DNA of 63,998 bases, the filler included, from Basidioascus undulatus (Eukaryota), in assembly GCA_000826855.1 (NCBI GenBank). It is 20 parts of 20 records of this genome, joined end to end, with 100 filler letters (N's around TTAATTAATTAA, not from the genome) between each part and the next. Parts side by side here need not be neighbours in the genome. Positions count along the whole stretch, not along the records: positions 48,429 to 51,534 come from JTLS01002520.1; positions 51,635 to 54,739 come from JTLS01002521.1; positions 54,840 to 57,944 come from JTLS01002522.1; positions 58,045 to 61,143 come from JTLS01002523.1; 16 more parts are not named here. One strand, written 5' to 3'. Shown piece after piece: positions 48,506-58,593 of the stretch; within the stretch, counting starts at the first letter, position 1, and each line of letters opens with the position of its first letter. Position numbers and translations under genes: made by a program. The notes beneath the pieces were generated by a model that searched no databases, had not been told where the DNA came from, and worked only from the letters and a program-made list of their open reading frames with translations.

Positions 48506-49240
48506 ATAGAGGCGATAGGCCTTCGTGTTGGCGTCGTAACTGACAAAGATGCATGGGAGGCCGCGAGGAGCTAGTTTGGATGTGCGCTTCTCCTTTGGCA
48601 CGAGCTCAAACGCACGGCACCCGAAGACAAGGTGCATGAGGTGTGGCATGTTGCCGGACCAGATGCGCTCCGGAACGTCGCCGCCAAGGGCCTTGTGTGG
48701 GCAGCGGTTCTTGACATACGCAAATGTCTGCACGGCCTCTCCCCAGAGCGACCAGGGGAGACCGGAGTCGATGAGCATGGTGCAGACGGCGGGCAATGGA
48801 GAGGTTGATGCGTTCAGCATGTGATTTTGTTGGGGCGTGTAGGGCATCATCCGCTCGTGATGGATGCCATGCTTCGCAAGGTAGCCGGAGAATGCCAGGA
48901 GACATACTCACCACCATTGTCAGTGTGGAGGGCCTTGAGCTTGTGCTCAGTCTGGAGCTCGAGGAGTGCATGGAACTCCTGGAAACAAGCGAAGGCATCC
49001 GACTTGCGTCAGAGGAGGTAGATGAAGAGCTTCCATGAATGGTCATCAATGAAGGTGAGAATGTAACAGTTCCCACTGAGGTAGGTGTGAGAGACATCGA
49101 GTAGGTCCGAGTGGATGAGCTTGCCGAGGGTAGAGGCACGCGAGGTTGAGTCCAGAAACAGTAAACAATGCATCTTCCCAGCAACACAGGCTTGACATTC
49201 GCATGTAGACAGATCACCAAGGAGATTCAACCGGTGGACT
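48506..49240 (-). mobile_element. Ty1/copia integrase relic (pre-integrase CxxC, rve core, SH3-like), with stops and frameshifts
   Basis: CQACVAGK, LIHSDL, YILTFIDDHS, KLKALHTDNGGEY, PYTPQQN, SGLPWSLWGEAV, VFGCRAF…RTSKLAPRG..CIFV.YD.NTKAYRLY. Confidence 0.95.
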
Positions 49241-49334
49241 AACAATATGCACACTCTTTTTCCTTTTCACCCAATTCTTCCTTGTTTGACGCTTAACACA
49301 CTTAGCCTTGACTAGCCCTTTACCCTCCATCCGT

Positions 49335-49516
49335 TATTGTTCATTCAAGTTGAGGTTGCATGTGACTTCCATCATTGTTCCCTTTGACAGCTTCTCCGCA
49401 CAAATTGTTGTTCTTCGAGCCCTGATACAAAGGGCCACTTCTAATTGTCTATTTTTCCTCTGGATGATCATACACTTGCTCATGGCTCAGCGGCTGAGTG
49501 CTGTTCGACTCCAATA
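49335..49516 (+). mobile_element. Putative 5' LTR (~182 bp, TATTG…CAATA termini)
   Basis: 5-bp inverted termini; immediately followed by the PBS; its 3' part is duplicated at 48429-48505. The left boundary is inferred. Confidence 0.65.
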
Positions 49517-49528
49517 GGTTATGAGCCC
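49517..49528 (+). promoter_or_regulatory. Primer-binding site complementary to the tRNA-iMet anticodon arm (half-tRNA priming)
   Basis: GGTTATGAGCCC directly after the LTR end; this is the PBS type known from Ty5 and Drosophila copia. Confidence 0.8.
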
Positions 49529-49576
49529 ACCTCGCTTCTAGATGATCCAGACCGCTTCCGACACACCATCCCACCA

Positions 49577-51450
49577 TGAGTACTTCTGCGACCCTCCTTC
49601 CACTCAACCTCTCCATTCGACCGCTCCAGGGCGATGATCACCTTTCCGGTCCCAACAACTACCAGGTGTAGAAGGTCTACACTGAGTCCATCCTCATCGA
49701 GTCCAGCACCTGGCCCGTCATCAACAGCTCTCTCCCTCATCCCTTCGCATTCGAACCCAAGGCTATTCCTCTTCCTCCTTCGCCTTCCCTCAATCCCGCT
49801 GTCGCGCACTCTGGTTCCGCTTCCCTGCATGCCCAGCAGGTCGAGTGGGACCGCACCAACAATGTCGCGCTCTCCCTCATCCGCACCTCGCTTGCTCCCT
49901 CAGAGATCCACATCTCGTTCGGCGTCACATCTGCCAAAGCGCTGTAGGAGAAGATCATCACCCCAGTTCGAACCCTCGAACCACCAGGTCAAGGTTCACG
50001 TTGTCACCTGCCTCATCCGCTTCAGGCTCCAGGAGGATGGCCCTGTCGATGCCTTCGTCAAGGAGTTTCGCGAGATCAGCAACAGTCTCCTTGTTCAGAA
50101 AGCTCATCCTCCCCATAGACTTCCTCTCCACACTCCTCTTTGCCAGCCTCCCCAAGTCATGGTCTATCTGGGTCAGTGCCCTCGAGGTCCATGACAAGGA
50201 ACTCTCACTCGGCAAGGCCATCACACTCATCCTCCAGGAGGCCGCCTGTTGTGCCGATGTCCAGAGTATGTCTTCTTCCACCTACCTGGCGCAGCAGAAG
50301 GGACGGAACAAGGCCGGTGGTGGTCACAGTGCGCAGGGCAACGGCGATGGTGTTGTCCTCAACCGGTGGGGACATCCGATCAAATTCTCCAAGCCGCCCA
50401 AGACACCATGCGACAACTGCAGTGCGATGCACTGGCGCAAAGACTGCCCCTTCGCGAGCAAGGAGGCTGTCCATGCTGCCATTGCTGCCAGCTCATCTCC
50501 TCCGATTCCTCTCGCTCCCGCTCCTGCACCTTCACCTCAACATGTCTTCGGACCTACACCGCTCGTCGCTCCGCAGACGTAACTGGCGTCTACTACATCT
50601 TCTGCACCATCACCAGGCTCCCATGCCTCTGTTCCGGTTTCCGCATACACACCTTCTCATCCTCGCCCTCCTTCCGTGCGCCTCCCTAACGAAGCTGACA
50701 ATGCCAATGCCAGCTTTGAGCATGGCGATGCTCCTCTTTCCGCCGCCTCTCCTTCCCTCGCTGAATCTACAGCAGGCCAGCATGCCATCGCCAACTGGCT
50801 CGAGGCCAATAGCTTCGCTCTCTCTCTCCTCGGATCGGACTCTCCATCGACTCCTCGCTGGTCAACAGCCTCCTCTTCGGCGATCCGCTCCGCCAAGGTG
50901 GCCTGGGACAAGGTTCACACACATTACTGTCCCATCAGACACCCACCAAGGTCCGTCTCGCTATGTGCCTCCTGACCTCCGCCTGGACAAAGGAGGATCC
51001 GTCCCCAAGCATGTCAAGGAGTTCCAGGACGTCGTCAACAATCTCCTTGCGCTCAAGGTCAAGCTCCCTGACGAGATCCTCGCCTCTTTTCTCCTCGCCA
51101 TGCTCCCGGAGTCCTACGCTGCATTCGTTACCACGCTCGAGAATCGCGACTCTGAGCTCATACTCGAAAGTGCGATCAGCGCACTCGTCCAGAAGGCATC
51201 TCATCGTGAAGAGTTTGGCTCGAACAGTGCCGCTCATCTCGCCAAAAAGGACAAGGGCAGGAGTGACCGCATCTTCATCAATTGTTTTGGGAGGCGCATT
51301 GACACCAGTAAGCCGCCGCCCGGTCCATGCACTTGCGGGGAGATGCATTGGCGGATACAATGTCCGACAGGTGGATGCAAGTCTGCCAACATCGCTGTTA
51401 CCTCGCCCTCCGCATCTCTCGTTCCCCCCCCCCGGCTCCTAGCGCACCGG
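49577..51450 (+). mobile_element. Degenerate copia gag region with two tandem UBN2-like + zinc-knuckle modules
   Basis: Module 1: LSGPNNYQV*K…WDRTNNVALSLIR…SAKAL*EKI…LLFASLPKSW…CDNCSAMHWRKDCP. Module 2: WLEANSFALSLL…SAKVAWDKV…LPDEILASFLLAMLPESY…CTCGEMHWRIQCP. Confidence 0.85.
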
Positions 51451-51700
51451 CGGTGTTGTCATGAACGTCTTAACAAATATTCAATTCTCGACAACTGTCA
51501 AACCTTGCCACCTCATTTTACGCTCTCACCCTTTNNNNNNNNNNNNNNNNNNNNNNNNNNNNNNNNNNNNNNNNNNNNTTAATTAATTAANNNNNNNNNN
51601 NNNNNNNNNNNNNNNNNNNNNNNNNNNNNNNNNNAGCCGGAAGAGAGCAACGCATAAAAATGCTGATGCAGTTGCGTAGGGGAGGGGAGGGAGTACGCAC

Positions 51701-53092
51701 TCTTGTTGCGCTGTTTCTTGACCTCGATCTTCTTGGTCAGGTCCTTCTCGCCCTCCTCGCCCTTCCACTGGATGGCGTCGCCCTCGGCGCGGTCGTAGAC
51801 AAAGTCGCCGGACTGCCCATACCCCAGTCAGCCAAGCGTCACGGGGGAACGGTAAACAAGGAATGCTGGGAGAGGGACACACGTAGCCAACCTCGTCCTG
51901 GTAGTAGTAGCTTTTGACAAGCTTGTCGTTGGAGAAGTACTCGTTGGGCGCGAAGGAGAAAGTGAGGCGGAAGCCGGGCTGGCCGTCCTTGCTGTCTTCG
52001 GGGAGGTAGGAGAGACGGATGTCGGTGAGGTATTGCAGGGCCTGGAGGAGTGACAGTGTGAGTGAACGGGAAATGGAAAGGTGAGGAGCCAGGAGGGGAC
52101 TGGAAACTCACGTCCTGGTCACGCTCAGTGATGAGCTCGGAGATGCCGGGGTTGTTCTGGAGCGCGGTGAGCCAGAAGTTGGGGATGCCCTCGACAGCGT
52201 CGTCGCCGTCATTGACCTCCGCAACGCTCGCCTCCTCCGCGAGGTCCTCGCCGTCCTCCTGCTCGACCTGCTTGCCCTTGTCGAGCTCCTCAGGGCTCGG
52301 CTCCTGCTCGCCCGCGACGAGCGCGCGCCGGCGCTCGTAGATCGGCTCGTACCGCGCCGCGTACTTCTTCTCGAGCTCGAGAATCTCGCGCTGGAACTCC
52401 TGCTCGATCAGGTTGTGGTCCCGCTGCAGCCCCTTGAGCGCCGTCACGCGCTGGCGGACCGCCGGCGGGAGCGTCTCGATGTAGCCGGACGAGCGCCCGA
52501 TCAGGCTCGCGAGCTTGCCTGGGGGAGGGGGAGCGGAGTGGGGTCGAGGGAGTCGGGTCAGTCAACCGTGCCACCACACCTCGCCGCCGCTGCTTCCCAC
52601 CGCGGGACGCGAGTTTTCCTCGCAGCCTGCCCCCCCACGCGAAAGTTTCCTGCCCCACCCCAGCGCACAGCGCACGTCCCCCGAGCGCCTGAGAGCCTCC
52701 TAAACCTGCACTCACTCTGCATCAGGCCCCGCAGAGCCGGGTGGCCAGAGAGGCCAGCGAGCGCGCCGCCGGCGCCCTCGCTCTCCTCGTCGTCCTCGCC
52801 GATGGATGCGACGGTGGGTCGCGAGAGGCCCTCGCGGCCGATGGGGGCGGCGTTCAGAGGAGCTAGCATAGGAACAGACACCAAACAGGACCATCAGCAC
52901 CAATCCCTCTCGCAGATCGAGCACCAGATCGCTCCGACTGACTGTTCTGCGGCGTGGGAGCAACAGCCTCCTGCAACCGGGCGGCCAAGCGAGCGCGTCA
53001 GTCTTTCTGGCCGGGAATTGGCGCGCTGGAGAGTGTGCAGCACGCACCTTGCGCTCGGGGATGTTGGACGGGGTCGAGGTGGCGTCGGACAT
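51701..53092 (-). CDS. NAP1: Nucleosome assembly protein 1, 3' truncated, multi-exon
   Basis: LIGRSSGYIETLP…RVTALKGLQ, ELEKKY, GIPNFWLTAL, ALQYLTDIRL, GFRLTFSFAPNEYFSN, YDRAEG..IQWK…KDLTKKIEVKKQRNK. Confidence 0.96.
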
Positions 53093-54839
53093 TGTAGCGG
53101 TGGGGATGAAGGCGCGGGGCAAAGATGGACGGACAGGGTGGAAGACAAGAGCGAGCGCGAAGGGGCGCAAGTGGCGGGGCGAACTTCACACTTGGCTGGG
53201 GAAGCCAACCCGCGGAATTACGACGGTCGCACCGGCAGTCGGTCTTACGAAATTTGGCATTGTTTTGAATATGCTATTACTATAGGAGAACAACGGGGGG
53301 AATGGTCCGGGTCATCCATCATGAATACAGGCAAGACTTTCACGGTGTATGCAGCGTCGCGGGCCTGACGTTGCAACAGAAATTTGCCGCCCACCCAGGC
53401 TGGCTGCGAGTACAAGACCTGCCCCGCCCTGGATGACATGGTCATATCTGTTGTGCACAAAATCAGCCCTTGGCCCCGCAAGGAAATGGTCATTATGTTA
53501 TAAGCATGGGCTTGTCCTTCGTCCCTGACAGATAGGACATGGAAACAGCCCTTAAAACGTGGACATACTCCTCCTCCCCAATGGCAGGACATGTCCATGA
53601 TCATAGTTCCTCTTCTCACAGCGAGATGGAAAACGTACGACACCGATCCGCTGAGGACGAGGCCGAGCCCAGCCTCGTCTGTTCCAACGAGAGCGCCTGA
53701 TGTACATGCACCTGAAAGCCGGTAGTGCAAAAACAGTCAGTGTTGAAACGCCCAGGCCGTTCCGGTTCTGTATGAGATTGCATGTGAAAGAAGCAAGGGA
53801 GATGCATCTAGACCTCCCTCGCATCTTGTGCTACATGTGCGATGCCTGCCGGACCTTTCCGCTTCGCATTTTCGCTTGATCTTTCGTGTTGCTGTATCTG
53901 ATCCACTTTCGTACCCCTAGTCCTTCTGTTCCTCTGTCAATTGGTTACATTCCTGTCTTCTGGTTATTGTCCCCGCACCTGAAGCAGTTTCGATCCGCGT
54001 TTGTTCTGGAGCGCGTATGCCTTACGCCGTATGGCATGCCTGGCCAGCCTCCTTCTGCTTCGTTGTCGATCGGGATGCGGGAGAATTTAATCTGACTGTG
54101 AATCGAAGAGCTGAAGGCGAAGGGGAGGCGCAAAGGCGGCCAGATCTGGTGGCGGACTTGAAGCCTGCGGCCGTGCTTGCAGCTTGTGGTTTTGGTGTTT
54201 CCTGCTTCCCAGCGGTGCGTGGCTGTAGTGGCCGTCCTCCCTATGTCGTGTTGTGGAGCTACCTTTCCTGCTCTCCATACCTTTTGTTGTTTTTGAGGGC
54301 CTCTTCCCGGGCCTTGTCATAACCACCCCCTCGCAAGCGAGACAAAGACACCACCGACCAGGTTTTTCATGAGATGTGCGTCCTTGTGACACCGAAGTCC
54401 CCTGCGCCAACGCTTTTCTCATAGTATATTCTCGAATGCAAGACGAAGACTCACACAGTTTGACTCAATTCCCAGGCGCAGAGATTCAGAGGTCTCCCCC
54501 CCCGCCTTCTTCCGTGCGCAGACACAAAGCACTCACCTGGGGCTTCATGATCCCCCAGGGTTCCTCTTCTCCAAGTTATTCTCCGACTAAGACTACTAGG
54601 CCGTGCTGGCGCTGTTTTTTTTATCACGAACATTGAGTACTTGGAGAGGGAAGAGGAGGGGGAGGAAGGGGAGGTCTGATGAGTCGGGCGGGTAATCTCG
54701 ACGCCGTTTTTGCACCCCGGGGTGGGGAAGGTCGTTGGGNNNNNNNNNNNNNNNNNNNNNNNNNNNNNNNNNNNNNNNNNNNNTTAATTAATTAANNNNN
54801 NNNNNNNNNNNNNNNNNNNNNNNNNNNNNNNNNNNNNNN

Positions 54840-55054
54840 GGAGCGGATATCGTTATAATCGTGGAGGCGAGGCACAAGTTGCTGATGCGTGAGGGAGGAG
54901 GAGATCGAGGGGAGGGTCGTTAGGAGAGAGGAGAGCGTGGTGAGGCAGGAGGTGAGGGCGGCGCGAAACTCTGGGGGGTGAATCAAGTTCAATATACGTT
55001 CATTAATGACGTTATTGAATATAACTCACCTTCCTGCTGTTGGGTGGACGCCAT
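54840..55054 (-). CDS. N-terminal fragment of an unknown protein, divergent from the SDR gene
   Basis: ATG (MASTQQQE), GTGAGT intron, then FRAALTSCLTTLSSLL… running to the contig end. Confidence 0.45.
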
Positions 55055-55392
55055 GATTGCAGTTGGAGGAGCAGCCAAGGAGGAAGACGCGTCCGAGCTC
55101 ACCCAGATTCCAAATCTCAAGCCGCTATCGGTCCCGCCCAATTCATTCCAGCCCCTCCCTGTCGGCCCTAACGCCCGGCAACCGTGCCGACGGCTCCGGA
55201 GCCCGCACGTGCTCCGCCCTGCCGCTTGCGAGCTCGTTATCGCTGCTGCACGCCCAAGTGCGTGTCTTTATCTTCTTCTTCTGCAGCCACGTCTTGCGAC
55301 TGTTCATGATCAGCAGAGGCCTGAGTCTCTTCTCCCTCTCCCCAGCCCGCACCGCATTCTCTATATTCCGCCGGCCAAGCTTCACACGCACC

Positions 55393-56666
55393 ATGGCCTC
55401 CGTGCTCTCCACCTCCCGCTTGCGTGCGTCTTCCTGATCCTCTGCTCTCAGTCCTCTCACTAGCTGTCAAGTCGTAATCCCAACGACGGCATGGCACAGA
55501 CGACAAGACGGTCCTCATCACTGGCGCCTCCTCCGGCATCGGCGCGGCGACCGCGCTCCTCTACGCGCGCGCGGGCGCGAACCTCGTCCTCGCCGCGCGG
55601 CGCAAGGACAAGCTGCAGGACGTCCTCCATGCGGCGGAGGCGGCGCACAGGGACAGCCCTGCCGCGGGGGGGAAAGGAGGGAAGTTTGTTGCGGTGGAAC
55701 TTGATGTTAGTGATAGGAAGGCCGTGGATGGGCTGTGGGAGAAGATCCCCGAGGGGCTGAGGGACGTTGATATCCTTAGTGCGTTAGACGCTTTCTTTTT
55801 AGTTTGGGAGGATGATGGCTGACATACAGTGTTGCTCTGTGCTTTCGGCAGTCAGCAACGCGGGCCTCGTAAAGGGCGTTGAGCAAGTGGGCGACATCTC
55901 GCCTGTGCGTTCCCTCCTTCCTCCTCACTCCTCACTCCTGCCTTCTGTCCCTCCCTGCTTTCCCTCCTCGCCTTCCTTTCCTACTTTCACTCCTTCCTTT
56001 TTATCACATACTAACACAACTCTTTTTCCCATTAAATTTCAGGATGACATCGACACCATGTTCCAAACGAACGTGATCGGCCTCATCCACCTCACGCAGC
56101 TCGTCGTGCGCCGTGCGTCTTCCTTTCCTCTCCTCTCTGCCTCCCTCCCCTTCTTCCCTCCTCCATCTTCTCCCCTTCTATCCTTCTCCCCTTCTCCCCT
56201 TCCCCCCTTCCCTTCTAGCGTTCTGAACCTCCCGCCCACCCAGATTTCAAGCAGCGCCAAGCCGGGCACGTCGTCGTCCTTGGCTCAATCGCCGGGCTCG
56301 AAGCCTACCCGAACGGGTCAATGTCCGTCCCTCCCCTCTTCCCTTCCTATCCTTGCTTCACCTAGCATTTCTGACGCTGAGGGATGCGGATGCGGATGCG
56401 AAACAAACCAGCTACTGCGCGACCAAGCATGCCGTCCGGGCGTTCACGACGTCGCTGATGAAGGAGCTTGTTACCACGCCCGTGCGTCCTTGCCTTGCGT
56501 GTGAGTGGGAAGGTTCTGGGGCTGACGGGATGTGGGGTGGGGTGGGTGAGGGAGTAGATTCGTGTAACCGAGATCGAGCCCGGCATGGTCGAGACGGAGT
56601 TTTCGGTCGTGCGTTTCCGTGGGGACAAGGACAAGGCGGGCAAGGTTTATGAGGGGCTGCAGCCGC
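55393..56666 (+). CDS. NADP-dependent 3-hydroxy-acid dehydrogenase SDR (YMR226C/YdfG-like), lacking its normal last exon in this contig
   Basis: [39 protein letters not shown] (YxxxK), [23 protein letters not shown]…VYEGLQP. Confidence 0.93.
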
Positions 56667-56743
56667 GTGGGTCCTTCGCTCCTTTCACCCTCCTTATCCT
56701 TCCCCTTCTCTTGCTCCTTCTCCCTCCCCCTCCCCTCTCCCAG

Positions 56744-57838
56744 CCGCCACGAGCTGGGACGCCCTCTTCGCCGCCTTCTTCGTCAAGGTACATCTCCCTT
56801 GCCTTCCATCTCTTAACACCTGGGAAGGCTGAGGCTGATTGTATGTGGGAGTGAAGGCAGGCCTGCACGAGACCTCCAAAGCCTTCAGCGCCGACATGCT
56901 CGTCATGTCCCCCGAGTGGGAGCGCAGCGCAATCCTCCCCGCCATCGCAGAGCTCCTGACCGGGATCGTCGTGCGTCCCTCTCCCCTCCCCATCCCCCCT
57001 CTTCACTTCCTCACCCCTCCTACCCACAGGCCCTCTCTCAGGCCGGGCGATTCGCACCCTCCACGCCTCTCGCGTCCCGCAAACCCGCGCACGTCCCACC
57101 GTCAACAACCCACAGCGCTACACCGTCCTCCGTGCCTGTCTCTCCCCCCCCCTTCCCCCTCTGCCTACGCTGACACACTCTCTTCTCTTTTCTCCTTCCC
57201 CCCAGATGACCCGCCGCATCTCCGCACTCCTCTCCACCTCCCGCTCCCGAATAGACCGTTCCAACCTCACCGAGTTTCTCTCCCCCACGCACACGCCCTC
57301 CACCTCCTCCGCGCGCACCGCGCCCAGGAAGCTCGACAGGGACAAGATGATGATCTGGGATGTGGTCCGGAACGAGGACGGCCCGCTCGCGCGGACTGTC
57401 TCGAAGGGGAAGGAGAAGGGGGTGGAGGGGACGGGGGTGAAGAAGGAGGCGGTGGAGGAGGGAGAGGGGGGAAGGCCGGAGAAGAGGAGGAGAGTGGCAG
57501 GGATGGGGCAAGAGGAGGAGGAGCCGACGGAGTGGAAGCACCCTGGGCTGATGGATCGCTTTCACGCGGTCGAGGCGCATCTTAACGTGAAGTACCGTGA
57601 GTTGATCTCCTCCCATATACCCACTTTTCCACCTCCCCACCTCCCTGTCTCTTCCCTCTCCTTCCTCTTCCTCCGTTTCCCGACTCTGAGATACTGACTG
57701 TTCATCGGAGGAGGAGCAGTCCCCCGCCCACCAGTGGACCTTCTCACCCGGCTGAAGGCCCTCGAGGACCATCTGATCGCGCTCGAGCGCGCCCATCCAC
57801 CATGGGCGGCGCTGCATTTCAATCAGCCTGATCGGGGG
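56744..57838 (+). CDS. MBIP-like (MAP3K12-binding inhibitory protein-like) region, spliced in frame to the SDR; 3' truncated
   Basis: RRISALL…[55 protein letters not shown] match, in order, the conserved MBIP blocks as I recall them; unverified by search. Confidence 0.7.
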
Positions 57839-58100
57839 GTGCGTGACCTTTCTCCTCCCTTCTCCCTCCTCCTCTCCCCATTCCTACCTTCTTCCTCTTT
57901 CTACTTTCTCCCCGCGTCCCGCATTGCTGACTCCCCCCGCCCCCNNNNNNNNNNNNNNNNNNNNNNNNNNNNNNNNNNNNNNNNNNNNTTAATTAATTAA
58001 NNNNNNNNNNNNNNNNNNNNNNNNNNNNNNNNNNNNNNNNNNNNGGTGTCGATCGTTGCAAAAGGAGTTATCAGGTACAAATCATTTGATTTGATCGAGG

Positions 58101-58191
58101 CGACCAGAGCAGGATTTGAACCTACGCGGGCAGAGCCCATGAGATGTCGAGTGATTCGAGTCTCACGCCTTAACCACTCGGCCATCTGGTC
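58101..58191 (-). tRNA. tRNA-Ser(CGA) with 9-nt intron (58146-58154)
   Basis: GACCAGA/TCTGGTC + G73; anticodon arm TGAGA-CTCGAA[intron]A-TCTCA; variable arm GGGC-TCT-GCCC. Confidence 0.93.
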
Positions 58192-58593
58192 TCGATATCC
58201 AAGTCTCCCAGCTAAAACAATTTTTGGAAGAACGACGATGCAGAACATGACAAGCAGGACATGCTTGCCAGTAGCAAATAACTGGCACAATCGGGAAATA
58301 TACCTAGTCTTCCGCCATGCAGACGTAAAGCGCTGGCCCAGCGTCAGCGGTCCAGGACCGTGAACGACGAGCTTTGCTCTCGGCAGCTCAATGCAATGTT
58401 TCGAAATCTCCAAAATCTGTGACATACAGCTCGCGCGACTCGCATTCGAGCCCACTCTGACCGAGCCGTCTCAAGTTCCCACAGAACTGCAACTCGACTC
58501 TCTCGCACCAGCACGCCACCTCGCCAATCAAACAATAGATATCCTTTGCAGCATGTGCATTTGAACACCATGACAATTCCATACACCAGACGC

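Noticed and set aside
54676..54706. Hammerhead-like CTGATGA plus stem (also at ~11446-11475)
   Set aside because: The required GAAA after stem II is absent (GCCG or GAGA instead) and stems I and III are not evident.
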